DNA of 64,000 nucleotides, taken from contig CAVPRW010000045.1 in NCBI GenBank assembly GCA_963707985.1, positions 256,001 through 320,000 on the forward strand. The letters run 5' to 3'. Both the position numbers and the translations under genes were made by a program. The DNA is from an uncultured Nitrospinota bacterium. GTDB lineage: Bacteria; Tectomicrobia; Entotheonellia; J063; CAVPRW01. The notes beneath the pieces were generated by a model. The model had not been told where the DNA came from. It saw only the letters and a program-made list of their open reading frames with translations, and ran no database searches. Numbering within the stretch: the stretch's first letter is position 1; each line of letters starts with the position of its first letter. This document shows, in pieces, positions 42,649-53,134 of the stretch.

Positions 42649-44055
42649 TCAGAGATGCACGGCTCGTCCATCGGCAGCCAGCGCCGCCTCCAGGAGTGCT
42701 TCTGCCAATGTCGGGTGGGCATGCACCGTTAACAACAGCTCGTCTAAAGTTGCCTCCAAGGTCTTCAACGCGGCGGCCTCAGCAATCATCTCGGTGGCCT
42801 CAGGCCCCACGATATGCACGCCGAGAATCTCCCCAAACTTGGCATCAGCGATGAATTTCACCAGACCTTCCGTCTCGGCCATGGCGAGTGCCCGGCCACT
42901 GGCACGGAATGGGAACTTGCCGACGTTGATCTCGCGCCCCGTTTCACGGGCCCGTGGTTCGGTCAGACCAATACTGGCTACCTGAGGAGCGCAGTAGGTA
43001 CAATTCGGGATGTTGGTGCGTTCGAACGCCTTAGGCGTCAGTCCTGCAATGTGCTCAGCAGCGATCATCCCTTCGGCCATGGCCTTATGAGCTAACAGCG
43101 GCGGACCGGCGATATCTCCGATGGCATAAATATTGGGAATGCTCGTCTGCTGACAGCTATTCACTTGCACAAAACCACGCTCTACAGCCACACCAACTGC
43201 CCCTAAGCCCAACGCTTCCGTGTTCGGCGCTCGGCCAACCGCCAGCAGCAGAGCAGCCGCCGACAGCTCGCGCATGCCTTGGGGCGATGCCACGACCACA
43301 CGTACCTGATGGTCGGAGACCTCGACCGTTTCCACCTTGGTGCCGGTCATGATCTGCATGCCGCGTCTGCGGAATGAGTGTTCCAACACTTCGGCGATAT
43401 CTGGATCTTCGAGCGGCACCAGCATTGGGAGCATTTCGATCAGCGTGACCTGCGTTCCATACGTAGCAAATATTGAGGCGAATTCCACGCCAACCGCCCC
43501 CGCCCCGATGATAATCAAGCTCTCTGGTGCGGCTTCGGCCTGCAACGCCTCGTAACTGGTCCACACTCGTCGGCCGTCGACAGTGATACCCGGCAGGAGG
43601 CGCTCGCGTGACCCCGTCGCCACAATGAGATGTTCGGCCTCCAGCACCTGGGCTGCGCCACCACTGGCGGGGTGCACCTCTACCTGCGTTGTCGAGCGCA
43701 GCTGAGCCACTCCCGCAACTACGGTGATACCATTCTTGCGCATGAGAAAGGCAATACCCCGCGTCAAGCGCTCAGCAACCTGGCGACTACGCACCTGGGC
43801 CTTGCGGTAATCGGCGCTCAAGCCCTGGATCTGCAGGCCGAATTCCTCGCCTCGCCTGGCCAGTGACAGCACTTCCGCGTTTCGCAACAATGCCTTCGTC
43901 GGGATACACCCCCAATTCAGGCATACGCCACCCAAACGATCACGCTCGATGACCGCCACCTTCCGGCCTAGTTGGGCGGCACGAATGGCCGCTACATAGC
44001 CGCCAGGTCCTCCGCCAATGACGATCACCTGAAAACCCTGATTCGGTGCCGCCAT
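42649..44055 (-). CDS. lpdA: Dihydrolipoyl dehydrogenase (E3)
   Basis: GGGPGGYVAA, GGVCLNWGCIPTK, IYAIGD, LAHKA, HAHPTLAE. Confidence 0.96.
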   Translation of the reverse strand: MAAPNQGFQVIVIGGGPGGYVAAIRAAQLGRKVAVIERDRLGGVCLNWGCIPTKALLRNAEVLSLARRGEEFGLQIQGLSADYRKAQVRSRQVAERLTRGIAFLMRKNGITVVAGVAQLRSTTQVEVHPASGGAAQVLEAEHLIVATGSRERLLPGITVDGRRVWTSYEALQAEAAPESLIIIGAGAVGVEFASIFATYGTQVTLIEMLPMLVPLEDPDIAEVLEHSFRRRGMQIMTGTKVETVEVSDHQVRVVVASPQGMRELSAAALLLAVGRAPNTEALGLGAVGVAVERGFVQVNSCQQTSIPNIYAIGDIAGPPLLAHKAMAEGMIAAEHIAGLTPKAFERTNIPNCTYCAPQVASIGLTEPRARETGREINVGKFPFRASGRALAMAETEGLVKFIADAKFGEILGVHIVGPEATEMIAEAAALKTLEATLDELLLTVHAHPTLAEALLEAALAADGRAVHL

Positions 44056-44148
44056 CCAATCTCCTTAAGATGGTACATCATTGGCCAGGCTGACATACCC
44101 ACCCGGCTCTGCTAAGCATGCCACGGCTACCGACGGTATGGTTCGGAG

Positions 44149-45453
44149 TTACAGCATGAGCGTCAAGGGTTGCTCCAGCAACCGCTTGACGATTTGCAGG
44201 AACTGTGCGCTCGTTGCCCCATCGACGGCGCGATGATCGCCGGATAATGTCACCTTCATGCGATGCCCAATGCTGAGCTGTCCATCCACGACCACCGGCT
44301 GCTGCTTGATGGTACCTACCGCCAAAATGGCGGCGTCCGGAGGGTTGATGATCGCCGCGAACTCCTCAACATCGAACATCCCCAAGTTCGTCACGCTGAA
44401 CGTGCCTCCAGTGTAGTCTTCGGGTTTCAGCCGCCGTGATCGGGCCCGTTCGGTCAACTCTTTGGCTTCCCTGGCAATTTCGCCAAGGCTCTTGCGGTCG
44501 CAATCGCGAATGACGGGTGTAATTAAACCGTCGTCGAGGGCCACCGCCATGCTGAGATGGACACGCTGATGCGCTCGGAGCATATCGTCCGCATACGATA
44601 CATTCATCTGGGGGAATTGCCGTAGGGCATTGGCCACCGCTTTCAAGATCATGTCGTTGAAACTGATCTTGTGCTCGTCGGCTGCCAGCTCGTTCAACGC
44701 CTGTCGGATGGTGATAGCGCGCTCCATAGCGATTTCGGTGGTCAGATAAAAATGCGGAGCGGTGGTCTTACTCAGTGCCATGCGTCGAGCGATCGTCTTG
44801 CGCATCATGCTGAGTTCGCGCTCGCTATGGTCGACGCCTGCGACTCCAATTGGGGCCGACTGTGACGGAACCTGCAGAATCGCTTCCAGGGCCGCTGCCG
44901 GAGCTGTGATGGGCGATGTCGGTGTCTGTGAAGGTTGGCCCCGAGGTAGCACCAAGAACGCTTCAATATCTCGTTTGACCACTCGACCCCCAGGGCCAGT
45001 GCCAAGAACCTGGGCGATATCGATCCCGGCTTCCTCAGCCATACGTCGTGCTAACGGAGAGGCATCGATGCGCTCTCCGCTGAAAGATTCAGGTTGGGTA
45101 ATTGTTTCTGATCTGGAAGCCAGAGCGCTCGGCGGCGGAGCGAATGTCGGGGAGGAAGCTATGGTCACGGGGGATGGCGATGATGATTTGCCGATCAGGG
45201 AGGACACATCCTCGCCCTCGGCACCGATTATGGCGAGGAGTTGGCCGACCGGCACCTTGCTATCTTCCTGGGCGAGGATCTTGTGCAGCACCCCGGCTGT
45301 GGTCGCCTCCAGCTCGAGGACAGCCTTATCGGTCTCAATCTCTGCCAACGCATCGCCGGACACCACGCGATCGCCTTCGCGCTTCAACCATTTGACTACC
45401 ACGCCCTCTTCCATCGTCTCGCTCATTTTGGGCATGACAATCTGACTCGCCAT
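44149..45453 (-). CDS. pdhC: Dihydrolipoamide acetyltransferase (E2) of a 2-oxoacid dehydrogenase
   Basis: EIETDKA lipoyl site, ASPLARR...GTGPGGRV E3-binding domain, GGTFSVTNLG, DHRAVDG. Confidence 0.9.
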   Translation of the reverse strand: MASQIVMPKMSETMEEGVVVKWLKREGDRVVSGDALAEIETDKAVLELEATTAGVLHKILAQEDSKVPVGQLLAIIGAEGEDVSSLIGKSSSPSPVTIASSPTFAPPPSALASRSETITQPESFSGERIDASPLARRMAEEAGIDIAQVLGTGPGGRVVKRDIEAFLVLPRGQPSQTPTSPITAPAAALEAILQVPSQSAPIGVAGVDHSERELSMMRKTIARRMALSKTTAPHFYLTTEIAMERAITIRQALNELAADEHKISFNDMILKAVANALRQFPQMNVSYADDMLRAHQRVHLSMAVALDDGLITPVIRDCDRKSLGEIAREAKELTERARSRRLKPEDYTGGTFSVTNLGMFDVEEFAAIINPPDAAILAVGTIKQQPVVVDGQLSIGHRMKVTLSGDHRAVDGATSAQFLQIVKRLLEQPLTLML

Positions 45454-45556
45454 CGCTCCTTCCTTTCTCGTGCCCACCATGGCTCTCTGGAAAGCATTGT
45501 TGACGACACCTGGAGACCTGTATGTCAGGTTCTGAGGGGCGGAGGCCGACGTGCAA

Positions 45557-46444
45557 TCAATTCGAGAGGGTGAAGAGGCCAGTCCTGGCTTTTTGCTCAC
45601 CGGCATGGTACGAACTGCGCACTAATGGCCCCGCTTCCACATGCCTGAAACCCGAGCTTAGACCGTCCTGGCGTAGTTGCTGAAATTCCTCCGGGGTATA
45701 GATGCGTAGCACCGGGAGATGCCGGCGTGACGGCTGCAAATACTGGCCAATGGTTAGAATGTCGCACTGTACCGCGCACAGATCACGCATGACCTGGCGC
45801 AGCTCCTCCCATTCCTCTCCCAACCCGACCATCACTCCACTCTTCGTAACAAATCCTCGCTGCTTGGCGCGTTGCAGCAGCTCCAGTGAGCGCGGATACT
45901 TGGCCTGGGGGCGCACCGTCCGATACAGACGTGGGACTGTCTCGGTATTGTGTGTCAAGATGTCTGGTTTGGCTTCCAAGACCGCCAAGAGCGGCACTTC
46001 CAGGCCTTCGAAATCAGGAATCAATGCTTCAACGGTGCAATCCGGGTTCAGTGCCTTGACTTGCCTGATCGTGGCGGCCCAGACCGCCGCACCACCATCG
46101 GGGAGCTCATCGCGATTCACCGAGGTAATAACTGCGTGCTTGAGCCCTAGGACGTTGACGGCTTCGGCCACGCGCGCCGGCTCCTCACCATCGAGCCCCA
46201 GTGGGCGGCCCGTTTTGACGTCGCAAAAGCCGCAGCTCCGGGTGCAAACGTCTCCCAGGATCATAAAGGTAGCGGTCTTCTGGTTCCAGCACTCGCCGAT
46301 GTTGGGGCAACTGGCGCTCTCGCACACCGTGTGTAAGCGCTTCTCGCGCACGAGCTGTTTGAGTTCGAAATAATTCTCGCCATGTGGCAATTTCACTTTG
46401 AGCCAAGGGTAATGGCGCTTAGACAACACCGGTCGTGGTTCCAT
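45557..46444 (-). CDS. lipA: Lipoyl synthase
   Basis: [40 protein letters not shown]. Confidence 0.97.
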   Translation of the reverse strand: MEPRPVLSKRHYPWLKVKLPHGENYFELKQLVREKRLHTVCESASCPNIGECWNQKTATFMILGDVCTRSCGFCDVKTGRPLGLDGEEPARVAEAVNVLGLKHAVITSVNRDELPDGGAAVWAATIRQVKALNPDCTVEALIPDFEGLEVPLLAVLEAKPDILTHNTETVPRLYRTVRPQAKYPRSLELLQRAKQRGFVTKSGVMVGLGEEWEELRQVMRDLCAVQCDILTIGQYLQPSRRHLPVLRIYTPEEFQQLRQDGLSSGFRHVEAGPLVRSSYHAGEQKARTGLFTLSN

Positions 46445-46783
46445 TGTTCACTCGCTAATGCCTGCGGAGTCGCATCCCGCGGTTGCCTCGTATCCCAAGC
46501 CGTCATGGGATGAGGGCCAGCTGAAAGCATGGCCTAGCATACAAAGGACCGCTCTACCATTGCAAGTGAATTCAGGCCCCAGCGAAGAAGGTGCTAGAGA
46601 GTGCATCATGGCGTATCAGTATTATCTCGATGGCGCGCTGCCATTTCATCGTTTCCTTGACCAGGGTTTGCGCTACGCAGCTGACAGCCAGGCTGAGAAT
46701 CCCGAGGCCCGCTAGAGTCGGAGTGATATTGACACCCACTTGACGCAGGACGATTAGACCCCCCGCAAACAACGGGCCACACT

Positions 46784-47416
46784 TCAGCACGATCGCCTGA
46801 AACCCAGTAAGGCCACACAAGGCGCCGCGGCCAACCTCGTGGAAAGCAAGGCAATCCACACATTCCGTCGGCAAAGACACGGCTCACATACCATGATACC
46901 GGCGCGTAGTTGGCCCTCCAAATGGAGAGTGAAAAGCTGTAGGCCAAGGCCAAGGATCACCACAATGACTGTTGCCAGGCTAGTGGCCGTCACAGACCAA
47001 AGCCTGCCTGGATCCCGGAGACGCTTCAGCAGCTCTACGAGCATGGAGGGGATGCCTACGAGGCCGTGAATAACCCAGCGACCTGACATGGCTAGGCGCT
47101 GAGTGAGTTCCCCGACCGCGGAAAACAGACCCTGGGAATGATCGGCGAATAGATCTGGTTTCACCTCCAAAGGTGCGCCAGAAGGGGCTTGCTTTCCCAC
47201 CACGATCAGCGCTCGGAGAGTTTTCAAGAGCTCGTCGCGCTGCTGTGGATCGGCGATTTGTTAGACCAGGTGTTCCAGGTCGGCAACCGAGACCTCGGTT
47301 TCGGCGATTGTGCCAGCCCGATCGTATGAGATGGTGGACAAGCCTGCAAGCCCGCACAAGCTCCCCAAGAGCAGACACCCAAGGCGCGCTGCGATGAATA
47401 TGCTCGGTGTGATCAT
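46784..47416 (-). pseudogene. Decayed N-terminal part of an exported/membrane protein, possibly a large MscS (YbiO-like) channel
   Basis: Two in-frame ORFs joined by TAA (47261-47263): signal-like start, DLEHLV*QIADPQQRDELLKTLRALI, then hydrophobic segments; no MscS core seen. Confidence 0.4.
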
Positions 47417-47777
47417 GGCCAGGTTCTCTGGTGGCATGATGTCCGCGATACGCCAGGCTTTCCCGACGTGATGGAGTCGTTTCCGACTCGACAGCAACTG
47501 TTATACTGTACAGAAGATGCAGGGCCATCGCATTGACCAGTCGGGGATTGTCGGAGTGGATTTAAGGGTTGCTGATCACCCTTGGCGGTGCCTATAATAA
47601 CGTTTTTACGCTCGCATAACTGCTGCGATCGCGCACTTTTCGGCGCTGTTCTTGCCGCAAATAAGCAGACATGAGCGGTACTAGAGTAGACGCGAGTCGA
47701 TGGTGCTTAGCCTGCCGACAACGCAACAGGGGCGGCCGGTTGGCTGGATACCCCTCACGATGCTGAAGGAGAAGATA

Positions 47778-50696
47778 ATGATGCGGGAGGTCTTTCTTAG
47801 GTCGCCTTGGGGCGGTCGCTTTTGCCTGATCTTAGCGCTCGTACCGCTGCTTCTCTTCGGTTGTACGCGCGAATTGGAGGAGAAACTCGCGGGCAAAGAA
47901 CGCGAACTCTCTGGCCTCCAGACAGCCCTGAGTGAGGTGCAGGACAAACTGGCGACTCTTGAGACCTCGTATGCCAAGCAAAGCGACGAGTTGGCCCAGG
48001 TCCAGCGTCAGCGGCATGATCTAACAACGGAGATCAAGACACTCGAAGCGACGCGTGCCACGCTTGAGCAATCTCTAACCCAGAGCCAGGCGGAACTAGC
48101 CGAACGTCTGCAAAGCCTTGATCGCCTCCGGCAAGAGCAGCAAACGCTCACCAGTCAGGTGGAGGACCGTGACACCCGCCTCCAGGAGATGACGCAACAG
48201 CGAGCGGACATGAGTGAGCGGATTCGCACTCTAGAACAGAGCCGGCTCGAACAGGAGCAGGCCTTAGCCACCACACAGCAGGAGCTCACCCAACGTCAGC
48301 AAGCATTGAGTGCTCTGCAGCAGGAGCATCAGGTCTTAGCTGACGGCCTACAAGCACGTGAAACTGAGGTGCGACAGGCTGTACAAGAAAAAGAAGCATT
48401 GCAGGTACACGTGGCAAATTTGGAGGGTCAGCTGAACCAACAGCGCACCGACCTGACAGCCCAAATCCAAACACTCGAGGCGCAACGGGTGACGCTTGAA
48501 GCGTCGCTTGCGAGTAGCCAAAACGAGCTTGCCGCTCGTCAGCAAACGCTCAAACAGCTGGTGCATGAGCAACAGACGCTTACCGCACAACTAGGTGAGC
48601 GCCAAGCACTGCTGGAGACACTGACACGTGAGCGCGATGAGACGGCCGCACAGCTGAAGATGGCCGAGGCGACTGACGCCGCACAAGATGATGAACATGA
48701 CAAGTTACGACAAACTTTAACCAACAGGGAACAACGGATAGACACATTACAGCGCGAGCTGCAAATGTTGAGCGGCCAGCTCGATGCTCGAGAGCAGGAA
48801 TGGCAGCAGCTCAAACATGCGAATGAAACCCTGGCGGCGACAGCTGCGGCGCTTGAACAGGCAAAAAGCGTGGCTGAAGCTGAGGCGCAGAAATCGCGTG
48901 AGTCATTGACCGAATCCCAAAGACAACTTGCCCAGGTGCAAGCGAATCAGCAACAAAGTGAGCAGCAAGTCGCGTTGTTGCGACCCCAAATAGCCGCGTT
49001 ACAGCAATCGTTGGGACAGTTGCAGACGGAACGGGACACCCTGCTAGCGGCGCGCGCCAAAGCCGACGAAACCTCCGCCAGTCTCAGCGGACGACTGGCA
49101 GAGCTCACGGCTCAGATCGGTCAATTGCAGACAAGTCTCTCTAGCGCGGTGGAAGCCCGTGCGCCTGAAGGGCAGAAGCTCGATGCTCTGCTGCAGGAAA
49201 TGCAACGCCTGAGCACCGAGCTGGCCGCCGCACAGGCGCAGGCAAAGCGCGCTGATGATGCGCTCAAGGTCGCCGAGACGACGCGCGTGCAACTGGCTCA
49301 AGCTGAGACAAGTCTGGCGCAGAAAGTAGCCGACTTGACCGGAGCCCAGAGTCGCATAGAAGACCTCCAGCACAACGTCTCCCGCCTTGAGCAGACCCGT
49401 CAGGAGTTGGGCCAGCGACTCAGTGCCTCAGAGTCGACCCTACATGAAACCCGAGAGGCGCTCGTCGCGGCCGAGACGGCCAAATCAGCAGTTGCTCAAC
49501 AGGCAGTCGGCTTATCGTCAAAGGTCCAAGAGCTACAAGGGAGCCTGACGGACCGCCTCAAGGAGATCAGTGATCTTTCCGGCCGTGTGGCACTCATCCC
49601 AGGCTTGGAAAACCAACTGACGACTGCGACCCAAGAGCGGAATCAGCTCCAGAAGGACGTGGAAAAGCTCAGAGAGGAATACGCCATTGCTCGCACGCGT
49701 GGCGAGGATGTCAACGCTCAGCTCACGCGCCTACGGACGAGTTTCGAGGCTCGTCAACAGGAGTTGACCGCAGCGCACCAGACCATCGCCAATGCCGAGT
49801 TACGCGCCAATCAGCTCAAAGGCCAGGTCGATGCCATGCAGCAGGAACTGGCACGAGCGGGCACCGAGCGGGAACAGATGCGCCTTCAACTTGCCGATGT
49901 GAGTGGGCAGCGTGCGACGCTCCAGACTCAATTGGCATCAATGACGCAGCTGAAAGACGAGGCGGATGGACGTATCGCCAAGTTGTCGAACGACCTTGCC
50001 GGGCTGCAAACCGAGCTTTCGCAGACGATTGAGGTGCGGAATACCGCCCAAAACCAGGCCAAAATGTTGACGGAAAAACTCGGCGCTGCGCAGAAGGAGA
50101 TTGGTAATCTGACGCTGGCCCGCACCGAAGTTGAGGCACGTGCGAGCAACCTGCGGCAGCAGCTCTCGAGCACCACGGATCAGGTTCTGAATCTAGGGGA
50201 GGAAGTCCGTGGACTGCGCGATCAAGTCCGCGGACAGGACCTTACCCAACTGTCGACGCTGCCCAGGACCCTGACCGGGGGAGTTACCTTCGACCATCGA
50301 CGCTCGACGTTGAGCGAAGACAGCCGGAAACTCCTTGATGAAGCGGCTGGCATTTTGCAGAGGTATCCTGATGTGCAAATTATCATCGAGGGCTATACCG
50401 ATAATGTTGGCAGCCCGGACTTCAATCGCTTGCTGTCCGAACATCGCGCCACTGCCGTACGTGACTATCTGATCGAACATGGCATCGAGTCGGCTCGATT
50501 AGTCGCTGTCGGGCGGGGGCCTGAAAATCCAGTTGCATCGAATAACACGCCCCATGGACGGGCACTGAATCGACGCATCGAATTCCATTTGAGCGAGTTG
50601 CCAAAGACGGGTCAAGTCAGGGATACCACACCGGCAACACGAATTTCTGATAAGCCAGTCCAACTCGATCTTCAGCAACGCCCAGAAGGGCGCTAG
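47778..50696 (+). CDS. Very long coiled-coil lipoprotein with C-terminal OmpA-like peptidoglycan-binding domain
   Basis: AAGGAG RBS, signal peptide with LLFGC lipobox, about 790 aa of Q/E/L/A/R heptads, then EGYTD-x10-LSEHRA...NRRIEF. Confidence 0.88.
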   Translation: MMREVFLRSPWGGRFCLILALVPLLLFGCTRELEEKLAGKERELSGLQTALSEVQDKLATLETSYAKQSDELAQVQRQRHDLTTEIKTLEATRATLEQSLTQSQAELAERLQSLDRLRQEQQTLTSQVEDRDTRLQEMTQQRADMSERIRTLEQSRLEQEQALATTQQELTQRQQALSALQQEHQVLADGLQARETEVRQAVQEKEALQVHVANLEGQLNQQRTDLTAQIQTLEAQRVTLEASLASSQNELAARQQTLKQLVHEQQTLTAQLGERQALLETLTRERDETAAQLKMAEATDAAQDDEHDKLRQTLTNREQRIDTLQRELQMLSGQLDAREQEWQQLKHANETLAATAAALEQAKSVAEAEAQKSRESLTESQRQLAQVQANQQQSEQQVALLRPQIAALQQSLGQLQTERDTLLAARAKADETSASLSGRLAELTAQIGQLQTSLSSAVEARAPEGQKLDALLQEMQRLSTELAAAQAQAKRADDALKVAETTRVQLAQAETSLAQKVADLTGAQSRIEDLQHNVSRLEQTRQELGQRLSASESTLHETREALVAAETAKSAVAQQAVGLSSKVQELQGSLTDRLKEISDLSGRVALIPGLENQLTTATQERNQLQKDVEKLREEYAIARTRGEDVNAQLTRLRTSFEARQQELTAAHQTIANAELRANQLKGQVDAMQQELARAGTEREQMRLQLADVSGQRATLQTQLASMTQLKDEADGRIAKLSNDLAGLQTELSQTIEVRNTAQNQAKMLTEKLGAAQKEIGNLTLARTEVEARASNLRQQLSSTTDQVLNLGEEVRGLRDQVRGQDLTQLSTLPRTLTGGVTFDHRRSTLSEDSRKLLDEAAGILQRYPDVQIIIEGYTDNVGSPDFNRLLSEHRATAVRDYLIEHGIESARLVAVGRGPENPVASNNTPHGRALNRRIEFHLSELPKTGQVRDTTPATRISDKPVQLDLQQRPEGR

Positions 50697-51229
50697 AGGA
50701 AACTCTCCCATCGTGACTTCAAACGCATGCGGGGGGAAACGAAGACCACGATGAAAAAGTGAACCGTGAGGTCCGAGGTGCTTCTATGCGTCTATGCCTA
50801 GTTGTCCTGTGAGCTTCGTCCTAACCGATGCTGTCGGTGCTGACAGCCGAGAATGTTTCCACTGTCAAAGCGGGGGCTTCGCGACACTAACGGGGAGTCA
50901 AGCGAGGTCTCCAATCGGACCGGGGAAGCAATCGCTCACATGAAACCGCTGCAGAGTTGTGCTGCGGGTAAACCTGACTGGGCATCCGCAAGGCTCAGAC
51001 GACGCACATTCCTGTCTGCCATTTTCTTCCTGACTATCGGCGTGAGTCTCTCCGTCAATCCATGGCCTCGTCACCCCAACCATTCCAACACATGAGGCCG
51101 CCGTGTGCACCAATTCGTGTCGAGTTCAGAGGGCAAAATGCCGTCCATGGGGAGAAGCGCCTGTGGAGCAAGGCTCACCGGCGGTACTCTTGTCATGTTA
51201 TGTTGGCTTTTGGCATTTTATGTAAGGGA

Positions 51230-51258
51230 TTGACATATTACTAGAGAAGCTGTATCGT
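51230..51258 (+). promoter_or_regulatory. Putative sigma-70 promoter for the HTH-REC / beta-propeller pair
   Basis: TTGACA, 17-nt spacer, TATCGT. Confidence 0.6.
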
Positions 51259-51268
51259 AGGGAAAGTT

Positions 51269-51862
51269 ATGGTAAGATCGATGTGGGATATGGTTACTGG
51301 AGAGACGATGGAACCGATATCGAATATTCTCACTGTTCGACAACTGGCAGGGTACCTCAATATGGCCTCGGTTACGATATACCGGCTCGCCGCCAGAGGT
51401 GAGTTGCCCGGAACCAAGGTCGGAGGGCAATGGCGATTCCATAAGCAGGCCATCGATGAATGGCTCAGCCGTAAGCCTGATCGTAAACGCATCAAGGTTT
51501 TAGTGGTCGATGATGAGGCCCAGGTGGGAGAACTGTTTCGGGAGGCGTTACCCGCAACACAATTTCTTGTTCACGTGGTTCAGTCAGGTCGAGAGGCGAA
51601 CACCGCCCTCGCCGCAGAAACGTATCAGGTTGCCTTTATTGATCTGGTGCTCCCTGACACGACTGGGGTACATCTGTTGAAGCTCATTCGCGAGTCGCAG
51701 CCGACGACCCGGACGGTGATCGTGACCGGTCACCCGTATAGCCAATTACTCTCGGACGCGTTCGAGTTGGGGTTTTTCATGGTTCTTAAAAAGCCCTTTA
51801 GCGGAGAGCAAATTCGCGCGGTGGTCAACGATTTGGCAGGAGCCAACCGAACGCCGGCGTAA
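51269..51862 (+). CDS. Excisionase-like HTH fused to a response-regulator receiver domain (start may be a downstream ATG)
   Basis: LTVRQLAGYL...TIYRLAARGELPGTKVGGQWRF, then VLVVDDE, FIDLVLP, IVTG, KKPF. Confidence 0.88.
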   Translation: MVRSMWDMVTGETMEPISNILTVRQLAGYLNMASVTIYRLAARGELPGTKVGGQWRFHKQAIDEWLSRKPDRKRIKVLVVDDEAQVGELFREALPATQFLVHVVQSGREANTALAAETYQVAFIDLVLPDTTGVHLLKLIRESQPTTRTVIVTGHPYSQLLSDAFELGFFMVLKKPFSGEQIRAVVNDLAGANRTPA

Positions 51863-51884
51863 GCGACCGCAGTGAGTAGTCCCT

Positions 51885-53051
51885 ATGCTATGTATTTTCC
51901 CTCGAACCCTGTTGCGATTCTTGGCAGGGGCGATGGTCGGGTTTGCCTCATTATGCCCAGCTCTATGGGGTGACCCTCTCTCCTCAAGCCCCAAAGTATT
52001 AACTTCTCAATGGCAGAGGCACACCCGCGCACAACTGACAAGCCTAGACCTTACCACGGATGGGCAGATCGTCGCCTTCACCACAGCCCCATTGGCTTCT
52101 GAGGGTGAGAGCCGTTTGCATGTCTTCGATCTGCTGGGTCGTGAGCTATGGATGGCGAGTCGTGGACCGAAGATCCTCGGCGTATCTCTCTCCAATGACG
52201 GCCAGTATGTAGCCATCGGCACGATGGATTTTTCGATTATCCTGTTCACCAGAGATGGGAAACTTGTGTGGGAGCGGCAGAGTGTGGGGCTTCCCTATGT
52301 TGCTCCCCAGGGCAAAAGCGTGGTGGCACTTAATGGTGGGGTCACCGGCCCCATCAATACCTTGCTAGAGGTGTTCAACCGCGACGGTCAGAAAGACTGG
52401 AGCTTACGCCGCCAAGGACGGGTTTGGCGCTCAACTGTTTCGGATCAGAGTGATCTGCTCATGGGACTATGGAACCACGAGGTATTGCTCATCGATCGGC
52501 AGCACCGCATCGTCTGGCAGCAGATGCTCCCACAAGAGATCATGGCGCTGGCGATTTCACCAGAGGACGCCAACTATTTTGCTGTGGCGGCAGGAGTGCT
52601 CACCCCTGTCATTCATCTCTACGAGCGCATGGGACAGCTCATGTGGCGACGCCAACTTCCCCTCGGTGTGACAGAACTGAGTCTGGCACGGCAAGGAGAG
52701 TTATTGCTGAGTTATGGCAACACGATTCACGGCCAACACCTGGCGCTCTTTAATCGTAAGGGCGAGTTGGAATGGACATACCATCTCAATACACCGGCAA
52801 CCGAAAGTTCGAAGGCCGTCATTGTCCCCAATTATCCGTTGATTGTCGCGACAATTGAGCGTGATCAGCGTTATTATCTCCAAGGATTCGCCCTGACAGG
52901 GAGCCCTCTCTGGGTCGCGCCAGTACCTGAACCGATTTTTGATTTCCGGGTGTCGCGCGATGGCCGATATGTCGCTGCCGCTACCGACACGACACTCTAC
53001 TTCTTTGACACACGACCGCTCGAAAACCAGAAAGCCGAAATCGAGCAGTAA
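51885..53051 (+). CDS. Secreted WD40/PQQ-like beta-propeller protein
   Basis: Signal-like N-terminus; repeated S-x-DG-x-YVA and G-x2-L-W blades. Confidence 0.8.
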   Translation: MLCIFPRTLLRFLAGAMVGFASLCPALWGDPLSSSPKVLTSQWQRHTRAQLTSLDLTTDGQIVAFTTAPLASEGESRLHVFDLLGRELWMASRGPKILGVSLSNDGQYVAIGTMDFSIILFTRDGKLVWERQSVGLPYVAPQGKSVVALNGGVTGPINTLLEVFNRDGQKDWSLRRQGRVWRSTVSDQSDLLMGLWNHEVLLIDRQHRIVWQQMLPQEIMALAISPEDANYFAVAAGVLTPVIHLYERMGQLMWRRQLPLGVTELSLARQGELLLSYGNTIHGQHLALFNRKGELEWTYHLNTPATESSKAVIVPNYPLIVATIERDQRYYLQGFALTGSPLWVAPVPEPIFDFRVSRDGRYVAAATDTTLYFFDTRPLENQKAEIEQ

Positions 53052-53134
53052 CTCTACGATCCACGAACAGGCGGCCTTTCCTGAGCACCTCTCTTGGTTT
53101 CGTAGGGGTTGGGATTGTTACCCCGAGCGCGACG

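Noticed and set aside
50697..51229. Possible ncRNA or riboswitch in a 530-nt intergenic gap
   Set aside because: I could not match any riboswitch or ncRNA consensus by eye; an Rfam/Infernal search would be needed.
51269..51480. Excisionase as evidence of a prophage or integrative element
   Set aside because: The HTH is fused to a receiver domain, and there is no integrase, att site or phage gene nearby.
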